Shown: piece by piece, positions 31,846 through 40,976 of the stretch
Numbering within the stretch: position 1 is the first letter of the stretch
How the letters are laid out: each line of letters begins with the position of its first letter
Translations under genes and position numbers: made by a program
The notes under the pieces: model-generated
The model's input: only the letters and a program-made list of their open reading frames with translations
Told to the model about the DNA's origin: nothing
Databases searched by the model: none
NCBI GenBank assembly: GCA_963712115.1
Contig: CAVQGX010000032.1
Coordinates: 1 to 64,000 of the forward strand
Direction: 5' to 3'
Length of the DNA stretch: 64,000 bases
Origin: an uncultured delta proteobacterium
GTDB taxonomy: Bacteria > Desulfobacterota > Syntrophobacteria > BM002

Positions 31846-32694
31846 TTAATTTTTGAGCATATTTCCAAGTTTTTTTTCATGTCTTTTTCTGAGCTTCTGG
31901 AGAACCTTCATCATCGGGCCCTCTATATCTGTCAGTTTTAAATTACGCCGTCGGGCATAGTAATTTAGAAATCCAGCCAGTATGGTTCCGTCAACTCCTG
32001 CTTCTAGACCTGACAGGACGAAACGGGCAAGATCTCGAGCTATCCTTTTGGGACCTAGGTGTACCCTATAGATTTTGCTTGCATCAAGGTCTATCAGCCA
32101 AAGTTGATTTTCCTTTTCATCGACCAAGATATTTGTCCATTTAAGGTCGCCGTGGGTAGCACCACTATCATGCAGCGCCGCAATATAATGCGCCGCAACC
32201 CGACTTAAACCCCCTGAATCTAACCTTTCGTTGAGCTGAGCCAGATCCTCTGTGAGCTCGTGGAGACTAGGACAACCTCTCAGGGCCTTGGAAAAGTAGT
32301 ATCCGCCCAGGCAAATAGGTCCTTTCTGTTTAAGCAGGTATCCCTCAGGCTCTGGAACAGGAATGGAGTGCTTTAGCAGATGCCAGGAAACCTTCCACAT
32401 TACTTGAGCGCGATGTTTGCCAAATAGGTGCTTTAGAGAATGAACTACACCCTTGTAACGAAATTCCTTGCCATAGAGACCCTTTGATACAACATCCCCT
32501 GAGACGGGACCGGGGTTCACCAGCGCCGAGCGAGTCGAACTGCTTGATTTGAGCAAAGAACCACTGTGCTGAAAAAGTGAGTCGGGATCCCCGTCATTTT
32601 CAAGAAAATGATCGAGGGTTGAACCGACAACGACCATACCCCTAAAAGGACCGAATGAAACCTTCCGCATTGCCACCCGAGGTAGTTCGGTCAT
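31846..32694 (-). CDS. Lipopolysaccharide kinase (Kdo/WaaP/InaA family)
   Basis: LHDSGATHGDLKWTNILV, LIDLD, RDLARF. Confidence 0.8.
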   Translation of the reverse strand: MTELPRVAMRKVSFGPFRGMVVVGSTLDHFLENDGDPDSLFQHSGSLLKSSSSTRSALVNPGPVSGDVVSKGLYGKEFRYKGVVHSLKHLFGKHRAQVMWKVSWHLLKHSIPVPEPEGYLLKQKGPICLGGYYFSKALRGCPSLHELTEDLAQLNERLDSGGLSRVAAHYIAALHDSGATHGDLKWTNILVDEKENQLWLIDLDASKIYRVHLGPKRIARDLARFVLSGLEAGVDGTILAGFLNYYARRRNLKLTDIEGPMMKVLQKLRKRHEKKLGNMLKN

Positions 32695-33479
32695 GTGTTT
32701 GATTGCCCTGCCCTTTTCTCTTTCTCGGCTTTATCGACCAACCTTTCTGCGGTTCTGCTCTGGACTGTTCGAATCAAAGCCGCCTTCTCTGGAGCATTAA
32801 TTCCTCCATATGCCTCGCAATAGGATGCGAGGAATCTTAGCCTATCCTGACGGGTAATACCGGGAGATTGTATCATGTTGATCTGCACCAGGTTTTTTCT
32901 TATGAATCTCCGCGGGATCTTCCTAAAAAGACAATTTCTCTCGTTATCGACGAAATAGAAAGTGACATCACCTTCCGATTCGTGTACAAGCATATTGTTT
33001 ACTTGCAGGTCCCCGTGGCAAATACCATTCTTGTGAAGTTCACCTATTACCTTGCCAAATATCTTAATAAATCTTCTCTTTACGACAATCTCCTCTCCTG
33101 ATAGAGATTGTTGCCAGTGTGCGCGAATGTAATCCCCTAAACCCGGTGCATCAATTCCCTCGCTAATCATGAAATGACGGTTCCCCTTTTTTCCCCAGCA
33201 GTAGACGACCGGGCTGTTAAAACCTCTCTGCCTCAGTATATTGCCTTTGATTATAGCCCTCTGGCACCTACTGCCCCTAACGAAGCTCTTGAGTCCCTCA
33301 AGGGAAGACCTCCTCAAGAACTCTTTGTAATAAACAGGCTGCGCCCGCAGCCGCCTGGCCACCACGCTGTTGGCAGAACTAGCAACCCACTCCCAACCTG
33401 ACGGTAATTCTCCATCAAGAAGAACTCTTATCTCCTCCGCATATTGATCTCTCTCAGATCCCCATATCACGAGCTTCAT
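32691..33479 (-). CDS. Lipopolysaccharide kinase (Kdo/WaaP/InaA family)
   Basis: LHKNGICHGDLQVNNMLV, FVDNER, KNLVQIN. Confidence 0.8.
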   Translation of the reverse strand: MKLVIWGSERDQYAEEIRVLLDGELPSGWEWVASSANSVVARRLRAQPVYYKEFLRRSSLEGLKSFVRGSRCQRAIIKGNILRQRGFNSPVVYCWGKKGNRHFMISEGIDAPGLGDYIRAHWQQSLSGEEIVVKRRFIKIFGKVIGELHKNGICHGDLQVNNMLVHESEGDVTFYFVDNERNCLFRKIPRRFIRKNLVQINMIQSPGITRQDRLRFLASYCEAYGGINAPEKAALIRTVQSRTAERLVDKAEKEKRAGQSNT

Positions 33480-33492
33480 ATGTCTCTTTTTT

Positions 33493-34314
33493 TCACTGTT
33501 CCCCGTACATCCTTTGTGTGTGTCGAGCTATTTTGTTACATTTTTTGATAATGAGCCGGATTAGGGTTTTGTCATAGGCCGAAAGTCTGTTTATCTGCAC
33601 ATAACGTTTGTAAAAGGCAAGCCTTTCCCCGTGGGTGAGCGGCACCTCAAGAGACGAGAACAGCAAAGCGGCCAAATCTTTCACCTTCCACCTTTTACCA
33701 ACGTTATTACGGACATCGACCCGATGAAGGTCGATTATATACAGTCTCTCCCTGCTATCGACAAGAATATGACATAGATAAAAATCCCTGTGGTTTAGAC
33801 CGGCACTGTGCATTTTTCGGGTTACATCCGCCAAGTTTTTGAGGATTCTCCTTTTTTTCTCAAGAGCTTTTCCCCGACAGGGTGTAACACCGCATGCCTT
33901 GAGAAAGTCGTCCAGACGACTAGATTCACCCAAATCATCGGTAAGGAGAAATGATTCCCTTTCGATCTTCCATAAAAATGGTTTCCTGCCTGCACAGATG
34001 GGAATCATGGTGGGAATGTTGTGAGCGTGAAAAGCCAACAGCGCCCGCCATTCGTCTAATGCTCCAACAGGAAGTCGAAAACGAAGTAAATTCTTTGTGA
34101 TTTCGCGGATCCCCGGGAAGAAATGCTTTTTGACGTATACCCTATTACCCCCTATATCTAGACGTTGAGTTGACCTCTCTCTTACAGCACTTTTGACCAC
34201 CGTCCCTTCCAAGGTCATAATGTCATCAAAACAAGCCACACCTGAAGCATCAAGAAATTCTAAGAAATCCTTATTGACAAAAAGATCTCCTTTTTGGACC
34301 ACTTGGATTTTCAT
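33493..34314 (-). CDS. waaP: LPS core heptose kinase (WaaP/RfaP-like)
   Basis: EWRAL, MHSAGLNHRDFYLCHIL, IIDLHR, RWKVKDLAALLFS. Confidence 0.82.
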   Translation of the reverse strand: MKIQVVQKGDLFVNKDFLEFLDASGVACFDDIMTLEGTVVKSAVRERSTQRLDIGGNRVYVKKHFFPGIREITKNLLRFRLPVGALDEWRALLAFHAHNIPTMIPICAGRKPFLWKIERESFLLTDDLGESSRLDDFLKACGVTPCRGKALEKKRRILKNLADVTRKMHSAGLNHRDFYLCHILVDSRERLYIIDLHRVDVRNNVGKRWKVKDLAALLFSSLEVPLTHGERLAFYKRYVQINRLSAYDKTLIRLIIKKCNKIARHTQRMYGEQ

Positions 34315-34317
34315 TCG

Positions 34318-35448
34318 CTAATTCTTATTCTTGAGTGCTTTCTCGTATACGAGGATGGTATTCTCTGTATTTCTCTTTATGGTCAAAGACGAAACCTGCT
34401 CTTGCGCCACACCGCCCATCGATCTGCTCAGTTGTCGATCTTCAAAAACCTCCAGCCAGGCGGCCAAAGCGGTACTATCCTCTGGGTATTCCATTACAAA
34501 TCCTGATCTGCCAGGCAAAATCAACTCACTGGCTCCAGTTTCTCGCGTTGTAATAACAGGCAGACCACAAGCCATGGCTTCAAGACAAACGTTGCCAAAA
34601 GGCTCATAATAAGATGGCAGCACAAAGACGTCCGACGCCCCGTAGAAGGGTGCCACCTGGTCCTGAAAACCGCAGAAAGTGGTGATCTCCTGCAGTCCAA
34701 ATCCTCGCGCTAATTTCTTGTATCGCGAAATATTACCTTTGCCAATTATTAGCAATCGGTATCTTTCTCTGTATTTAAGCAGTGATATAGCTCGAAGGAG
34801 TGTATCCAAGCCTTTCCGCGCATAGTTCGTTCCGACGAATAAAACAACAATCGACCTCCTGCCAATTCCAAGAGCCGTTCGTAGCTCTGTACCGTCATTT
34901 CGAACTGAGCTATTGAAAATGTCAAAGTCAACCCCGCAGTAGACTACGTCAACGAGCTCAGGGGGAACATTGTAATAATTGATCGCGTGTTGTTTACAAA
35001 GGTCTGAGTTGGCAATAATTCTTCTATAATTTCCAGGAGAGAATATCTTCTTTTCTATGTGGAGTATTACGCGATGCCTGAGAGAAATTTTGTTCCAAAG
35101 TTGACTGAAAATCGTAGAAGGGCGAACACTTAGCCAGTGCTTGTGGATTCCATCGCCCAAGCGGTAAATGTCCTGAGGATATGTTTGCGAAAGACCATTT
35201 ACGATGTCAAAATCGTTCCCGCTCAAGGCAAGTCGAACGTTTTTGGCGAATATCCAGTTCTTTAGAGGAGAGAATTTTACCGGCACCTCTACAGTATGAA
35301 AAAAAATCCCTTCCAGTGGTTGGTAACGGTGGGCAAGAACATGGACTTCATGGCCAAAATCTCTTAAAGACTTGGCCAAGTCCACCGCATACCTTTCTCC
35401 ACCACCCTCCAGTGGTAAAAAATCTTTGCGGACAAGCGCGACTTTCAC
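34318..35448 (-). CDS. GT4 glycosyltransferase (WaaG/RfaG-like)
   Basis: GGGERY, RKGL, FVLPSYYEPFGNVCLEAMACGLPVITT. Confidence 0.82.
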   Translation of the reverse strand: MKVALVRKDFLPLEGGGERYAVDLAKSLRDFGHEVHVLAHRYQPLEGIFFHTVEVPVKFSPLKNWIFAKNVRLALSGNDFDIVNGLSQTYPQDIYRLGDGIHKHWLSVRPSTIFSQLWNKISLRHRVILHIEKKIFSPGNYRRIIANSDLCKQHAINYYNVPPELVDVVYCGVDFDIFNSSVRNDGTELRTALGIGRRSIVVLFVGTNYARKGLDTLLRAISLLKYRERYRLLIIGKGNISRYKKLARGFGLQEITTFCGFQDQVAPFYGASDVFVLPSYYEPFGNVCLEAMACGLPVITTRETGASELILPGRSGFVMEYPEDSTALAAWLEVFEDRQLSRSMGGVAQEQVSSLTIKRNTENTILVYEKALKNKN

Positions 35449-35527
35449 CGGATCACAATACTCATTTAGGTTCGATAATTGTCGTCATACTTGCTGCCAG
35501 CTCTTATTCTAAAAGCTACTAGTTAAA

Positions 35528-35698
35528 CTAGGACAGAGGCTTAGCCTCATCGATCAGCATGATGGGAATATCATCCTTAATCTCGTAGAGAAGTTTGCAT
35601 TGATCACAGATCAAACCATCCTCAGAGTCATTTAAATAAATTTCTCCCTTGCATTTTGGACAGGCCAGAATGTCCAACAACTCCTTACTAATTGCCAT
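35528..35698 (-). CDS. Trm112-family (YcaR-like) small protein, 56 aa, absent from the ORF track
   Basis: Manual translation MAISKELLDILACPKCKGEIYLNDSEDGLICDQCKLLYEIKDDIPIMLIDEAKPLS; CPxCK...C..C..Y.I.DDIP.ML signature. Confidence 0.9.
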   Translation of the reverse strand: MAISKELLDILACPKCKGEIYLNDSEDGLICDQCKLLYEIKDDIPIMLIDEAKPLS

Positions 35699-35701
35699 TT
35701 T

Positions 35702-36748
35702 CTACTCCTTATCCAATTGTTCAACTACAGCTCGAAAGACGTCATCAACCTCAATTGCTGTCATGCATTCCACCGTCTCGCAGTTCCTTTGGAAACAGGG
35801 GCTGCAATCTCGTTCCATCCGCAACACCCGATGCCTATGCCCATAGGGGCCGGTGCGCCAAGGCGCAGTAGGACCGAAAAGCGCCACCACCGGTGTACCG
35901 AGAACGGCGGCCAGGTGCATGGGTCCACTGTCGGTTGAGATAACCACAGCAGCCCTTTTACAAAGATAAGCCAGTTCCCTCAGATTAGTTGTGCCAGCCC
36001 AATTATATATTCCACTGCCACCGGCTTCGTGCAGGGCAGCCGCAATCCCTTCTCGGTCCTCAGCACTGCCGGTGAAGACAACGGTGGCCTGCAGACGTTC
36101 TACCATTTCAGCAGCCAGTCTGGCAAATTTGACTTCTGGCCAGAGTTTTGTCTGCCACCTGCTCATGGGGTGGCATAAAACCAGGGGACTTTCACCGTTT
36201 CGAGTTACTTGACTTAGCCTATTATTGAACTGGTGTTCCTCAGCCGGGGTCCATGGATCATGAATTAGGACTTCTTCAACCTCCGCTCCCAGATATCGCG
36301 CCACGTCCAAGTACCTATTCAAAGCGTGCATATCTGGATCATATGGCGGCAGTCTCTCGTTGAGAAATCTCCAGCTTCCCTCCCGAGTGCCATCAAAGCC
36401 GATCTTGCGGCCTCCCCGAGCAAGACCCACCCAGATTGCGCTCTTTAAGAGTCCCTGAAAGTCAATGATCAGATCGTAGTAACGGCTCCGCAAACGTCTG
36501 GAGAATTTAATAATCTCCAAGGATACGACTGGCCACAATTCTGGTTGCCTTAACTTTTCTAGCCAGGACTTGCGTTGACAGACGTAAACCTCATCAAGTC
36601 CTGGATAGTATTCGAGTAGCTCAGCTACCCCCTCTTCTACGAGCCAGGAAATGTGAGCCGCGGGATAGTGGCTTCGCAGTGCCTCAAAGGCCGGTATTGT
36701 CTGTACAACATCCCCTAAGGCACTTAATTTGACAATAAGGATATTCAT
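35702..36748 (-). CDS. waaC: LPS heptosyltransferase I (GT9)
   Basis: MNILIVKLSALGDVV, DFQGLLKSA, STDSGPMHLAA, LFGPT; start taken at ATG 36748. Confidence 0.8.
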   Translation of the reverse strand: MNILIVKLSALGDVVQTIPAFEALRSHYPAAHISWLVEEGVAELLEYYPGLDEVYVCQRKSWLEKLRQPELWPVVSLEIIKFSRRLRSRYYDLIIDFQGLLKSAIWVGLARGGRKIGFDGTREGSWRFLNERLPPYDPDMHALNRYLDVARYLGAEVEEVLIHDPWTPAEEHQFNNRLSQVTRNGESPLVLCHPMSRWQTKLWPEVKFARLAAEMVERLQATVVFTGSAEDREGIAAALHEAGGSGIYNWAGTTNLRELAYLCKRAAVVISTDSGPMHLAAVLGTPVVALFGPTAPWRTGPYGHRHRVLRMERDCSPCFQRNCETVECMTAIEVDDVFRAVVEQLDKE

Positions 36749-36750
36749 TT

Positions 36751-36886
36751 GACCACAAAGATCACAAAGACAATAACGCAGAGCCCATGGCGCCAATTCG
36801 TCAAATCGTCGATTTATGAGTTATGGGCCATAGGTAATGGGTTATGGGATGTCTCCCACCTATAATCCATTACCCATGACCTATTT
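36751..36886. repeat. Intergenic repeat: ACCACAAAG 9-mers plus an inverted 7-bp TTATGGG tract
   Basis: GACCACAAAGATCACAAAG; TTATGAG TTATGGG CCATAGG TAATGGG TTATGGG ... CCTATAA TCCATTA CCCATGA. Confidence 0.65.
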
Positions 36887-36919
36887 CCTTTCGTGACGCT
36901 ATGCGCTTTGCTTCGATTG

Positions 36920-37525
36920 TTACCGTGGTTTCTTCGGTGCCTTCGCTTTCTCGGTTTGACCTTTTACATCAGCCAATATCCAGTCTACGGCCTCTCCGAG
37001 GTCCTCCGCGACAAAATGCGCCTGCACCTTGCTGCGAGGTCCTAGGAATTCAAGCTCTCCTTTTCCATAACCTGTTAGCACCAATATCGCCTTAGCCTTG
37101 GCTTTGTGAGCCATTTCAACATCCTTGAACCGATCCCCTACTACGTAGGACCTTTGAAGGTCTAGCTTCAACTCCTCAGCAGCCTGCTCCATGAGGCCGA
37201 TTCCCGGTTTTCGGCAGTCGCAGCTTCCTGATTCCTCCTCGGCTGCCGGAGCGTGGGTACAGGTGTAGATACCGTCTAGAAAAGCACCCTCTTCTTTCAG
37301 TAAATCAACCATCTTTTGATGGACCAGATCTATCAGTTCTGCCGGGAAATATCCCCGTGCTGCGCCTGACTGATTGGTAACCACCACTGCTTTCAGACCA
37401 CTCTGGTTAATCCTTCGTATTGCTGCGGCCGCGCCGGGCAGTAAGACAAAGCGATCAATGTGATTAATATACCCCATCTCCTCGTTGATGGTACCATCAC
37501 GGTCCAAAAACACCGCTACCTGCAT
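36920..37525 (-). CDS. gmhB: D-glycero-D-manno-heptose 1,7-bisphosphate phosphatase
   Basis: VFLDRDGTIN, VTNQSG, C.H...CDCRKPG, VGDR; start at ATG 37525 with a GGAG RBS. Confidence 0.88.
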   Translation of the reverse strand: MQVAVFLDRDGTINEEMGYINHIDRFVLLPGAAAAIRRINQSGLKAVVVTNQSGAARGYFPAELIDLVHQKMVDLLKEEGAFLDGIYTCTHAPAAEEESGSCDCRKPGIGLMEQAAEELKLDLQRSYVVGDRFKDVEMAHKAKAKAILVLTGYGKGELEFLGPRSKVQAHFVAEDLGEAVDWILADVKGQTEKAKAPKKPR

Positions 37526-37544
37526 GATCACTCCTATTGTATTG

Positions 37545-37687
37545 AACCACAGAGATCGCGTAGGGAACATCGAGATATTTGAGATTTCAGATTGTAGAGT
37601 CACTAAATCAGGAACTAGAGAACTTCGCAATCTACAATCAACAATCTAAAATTCCAACTCTTTGTGCCCTTCGTGTTCTTCGTGGTT
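37545..37687. repeat. AACCACAGAG-family element with heptamer tract (empty homolog of 56010-56210)
   Basis: AACCACAGAG...TTTGTGCCCTTCGTGTTCTTCGTGGTT; internal CGCAATC TACAATC AACAATC TAAAATT. Confidence 0.75.
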
Positions 37688-38741
37688 AACCCTCCAGTAG
37701 TTTTTCGGCTGCAGCGTGGACTTCATCCACGGTGATTGCCTTCATACACTCCAGATTCTCTTGACATTCACTTTTGAAACAGGGGGTGCACTTTACCCTT
37801 GATGGATGAATAACCACGGCTTTGTCATTCAGCGGAGCGGTTTTTTCAGGGTCAGTTGAGCCGAACAAAGCAACTTGGGGAATTCCCAGAGCGGCGGCCG
37901 CGTGCATAAGCCCGGAGTCATTGCTTAAAAAAAGACCACACCGGCTAATGAGCACTAGAGCCTCGCCAATCGTAGTCTTTCCTACAGTGTTTATCGGGTG
38001 GTGGGCCGTGATGGTGCTAACTCTCTCTGCAAGTGGTTCCTCACCAGGTCCACCCAAAAGGATGAACTTTCTCCCCGCTTTCTGCAACAGGTCCATTACT
38101 CGAGCAAAACGCTCGGGAAACCACCTTTTCGTTTCTCCATAAGCTGCTCCAGGATGTACACCAATCAGAAGCTCACTCCTGTCAATTCCCAGGACATCCA
38201 ACAAAGCCAACCCTCTCTCAGTGACCTCCGGCTTCAGCTTTAGACGGGGAATGCGATCCACCCGGTAAGCCCCAAAATTGCGGAGCAGACCAAGGTAATA
38301 ATCCACTTGATGAAGACCACGTTCCTTCCGCCTGTCCTCAAGCCTCTGAGTAAGAAGCCAGCCACGTCCATCGGTCGAGTAGCCCACCCGCTGTGGAACT
38401 CCTGCTAGCCTTGCCATAATAGCAGAACTTAGAGAGTTTGGCAGGAGAAGAGCCAGCTCAAACCCTTCTCTCCTCAAACTTCGGCCTAAACCCATTAAAT
38501 TTCTTAGTCTTTGGGGTCCATTTCCTCTTTCATACTCCAAAACACGTACTTCTGGTGCGCGGGCCTCAAACAGCTTTGCCACCTGGGCTCTAGCCAGCAC
38601 CGTTAGGTTTGCTCTCGGCCACAACTGCAAGCAAGCATCCAGCACCGGCAGAGAAAGCACTGCATCTCCGATCCAGTTGGGAGCGAGAACGACAATTTTT
38701 AACTCTTTTGAGTTTTTGTCCGGCACTGTGCTCATCGCCAC
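37686..38741 (-). CDS. waaF: LPS heptosyltransferase II (GT9)
   Basis: APNWIGDAV, LLPNSLSSA, HPGAAYGETKRW, SNDSGLMHAAA. Confidence 0.88.
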   Translation of the reverse strand: MAMSTVPDKNSKELKIVVLAPNWIGDAVLSLPVLDACLQLWPRANLTVLARAQVAKLFEARAPEVRVLEYERGNGPQRLRNLMGLGRSLRREGFELALLLPNSLSSAIMARLAGVPQRVGYSTDGRGWLLTQRLEDRRKERGLHQVDYYLGLLRNFGAYRVDRIPRLKLKPEVTERGLALLDVLGIDRSELLIGVHPGAAYGETKRWFPERFARVMDLLQKAGRKFILLGGPGEEPLAERVSTITAHHPINTVGKTTIGEALVLISRCGLFLSNDSGLMHAAAALGIPQVALFGSTDPEKTAPLNDKAVVIHPSRVKCTPCFKSECQENLECMKAITVDEVHAAAEKLLEG

Positions 38742-38760
38742 AATTAGCCTTGCTTATACA

Positions 38761-39663
38761 TTACAACTCTCTGGGCCATGGTTGGTAAGGTCTGGTTTTC
38801 CACCGCTGATGCACCCAAAACCACTGTTCAGGATAGCGACGGACGTAAGTCTCAATAATTTTGTTGAATTTTGCCGTATTTTCTTCAACGTCCCGGGTGG
38901 TATCACCACTTCTACCCAAGACAATTTCCGGCTCGCAAAAAACCCGATAAGAGCCGTCAGGCTGTCTCACGTTGAAAGCAGGAATCACTGGGGCACCCGT
39001 TCTCAGAGCAATAGTACTCAGCGCTTTGTTGGTACACGCTATCTCGTTGAAAAAGGGAACAAATACTCCTTCGTACCAAGCAGGGTTCTGGTCAAGCAAC
39101 AGAGCCACTGCATCTCCGGCCGCAAGCAAACGCAACATCTTTCGCACCGAGCCTTTTTTGGGGATCAGCTGATTGCCACCCCTGGTACGTATTTTGGTAA
39201 TCAGATTGTCCAAAAAAGGGTTGTCCAAAGGGCGAACCACAATGTTTATCGGACGGTAGCGTAGGGAAAAGGCCAATGCCATCAACTCCCAGTTGCCAAA
39301 ATGAGAGGCCAGAAGCAAAACTCCTCTTCCTTTCTTCAATGCATCTTTGAAATGCTCAATACCATGGAAGGCCACAAACCCATCTAAGTCATCAGGGGTC
39401 AGCTTGCGAAGATAAGGTAATTCGAGAAGGACCTGGGTGAGGTGAATGAAGTTGCTGCGGGCGATGGTTCTTCTTTCATTTTCACTCAGTTTATCTCCCC
39501 AGGCAATCTTGAGATTACTCAAGGCGATTTGCCGGTGTCTGCTATCAACTTGAAACCAAATTCGTCCGAGAAAGTCCGCAAGTTTCCAGCTGAACCTCAG
39601 GGGCAAGGTGGCAGCCATATCCATAAAGACTTCGGCCATCTGCTGTACGGCACCTGGTCTCAC
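38761..39663 (-). CDS. Lipid A late acyltransferase (LpxL/HtrB family)
   Basis: SHFGNWE, RPLDNP, LLDQN, PEQWFWVHQRWK. Confidence 0.88.
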   Translation of the reverse strand: MRPGAVQQMAEVFMDMAATLPLRFSWKLADFLGRIWFQVDSRHRQIALSNLKIAWGDKLSENERRTIARSNFIHLTQVLLELPYLRKLTPDDLDGFVAFHGIEHFKDALKKGRGVLLLASHFGNWELMALAFSLRYRPINIVVRPLDNPFLDNLITKIRTRGGNQLIPKKGSVRKMLRLLAAGDAVALLLDQNPAWYEGVFVPFFNEIACTNKALSTIALRTGAPVIPAFNVRQPDGSYRVFCEPEIVLGRSGDTTRDVEENTAKFNKIIETYVRRYPEQWFWVHQRWKTRPYQPWPREL

Positions 39664-40728
39664 CCTTCGGAGTCCTCCGAGCCTACGCTGACAGCCTTAA
39701 GCACCCTTCGCACCGCCCCAATCAGCTGCGCGCCATCTCTGTCCAAGTCTATTTCCATTGCCATCACCCAAAGCTCCATGCCCTGGGGAATTATCTGTGG
39801 TAGTCTCACCCAGTCCTTTTCAGTGGTTAGCCAGAGCTCCGGCTTGAACCTCGACGCCTCCCGCGCTAATGAGCCCAAGAGTTCAGATGTTAGAGGGTAA
39901 TGATCCGGGAGTGATGCAGTGTATACCAGCCTGGCGCCCAAACTGCGCACACTTTTGAAAAAATCATCAGGCCGGGCGATCCCGGCAAAAGCGGCCAGCC
40001 GCGACTCCATCAGAGAGCTTAGTGACCGCTCCATGTGGTCAGCGGCAGAGAAAATGCGAGTCGGTCGGTGGGTCGAAGTTACAATTGTCTTGTCTGGCCA
40101 TTGCCTTCGCAGTTTTGCGCAATTTTTCTCTGCACCTTCACTCCCGCCAAAGCGACTAAGTACCAAAACCTGAGCCCGGGCCAAAGCTGCAGCCCTTTTC
40201 TCGCATTGTACCCCGCGGAAATACCCAACCACTGCCGAAGGGATTTCGAGAATCCAACATCACTACGTCCAAGTCCCTGGCAAGATATCTGTGCTGAAAA
40301 CCATCGTCCAAAATCAGGGCGTTACAGTTAAATTTCTCTATGGCGGCTTTCCCGGCCTTTACCCTCTTGGTACTGCAAAGCACTGGAATACCGGAGAGTC
40401 GCCTGGCCAGCATTTGCGGTTCATCGCCAGAAATCGTCTGGTCCGCGAGGATATTTTCGCCGTCGCTGACAACAACAACCCGCCCAGATTCTACCCCGCC
40501 ATAACCCCTGCTCACTATGCCAACCCGGTAACCTTCTTTAGAAAGTAAATTTGCCAACCAGAGCACCATGGGTGTCTTGCCAGTGCCACCCATGGCAAGG
40601 TTTCCCACGCTTATAACAGGGCAGTTCAATCTGTGGATTCTGAGTACTTCATGATCAAAAAGAAGATTGCGCAAGACTACCACTTTATCATAAAGCCAGG
40701 CAGCTAAGGTTGCTAAGGCTCTTAACAA
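39660..40728 (-). CDS. lpxK: Tetraacyldisaccharide 4'-kinase, one +1 frameshift near 40195; start uncertain
   Basis: VISVGNLAMGGTGKTP, SRGYGG, GDEP, LDDGFQH (40156-40728); AFAGIARP, PDHY, TTEKDWVRL (39660-40232). Confidence 0.88.
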
Positions 40729-40976
40729 AGTAACCCATACTGACCGTCTCTCCTTTTCTATAATTAGTCTGAAGATCTTCTCCTGAAGTCCTCCGTACCT
40801 AACCTGATAATGGTCCGCAGGAGTATCTCTTGATTTGCTGGTCTCTTACCACCATTCAGCTCGAGGACTTTGAATAAGCCTGGCGTCAATGGACTTAGGA
40901 GTCTTATCTTCGTCGTTAGTCAAATTGTTAAATGGTCAATTGGGCAATTCCAAACCATTGCACCAAATTCAGGATT

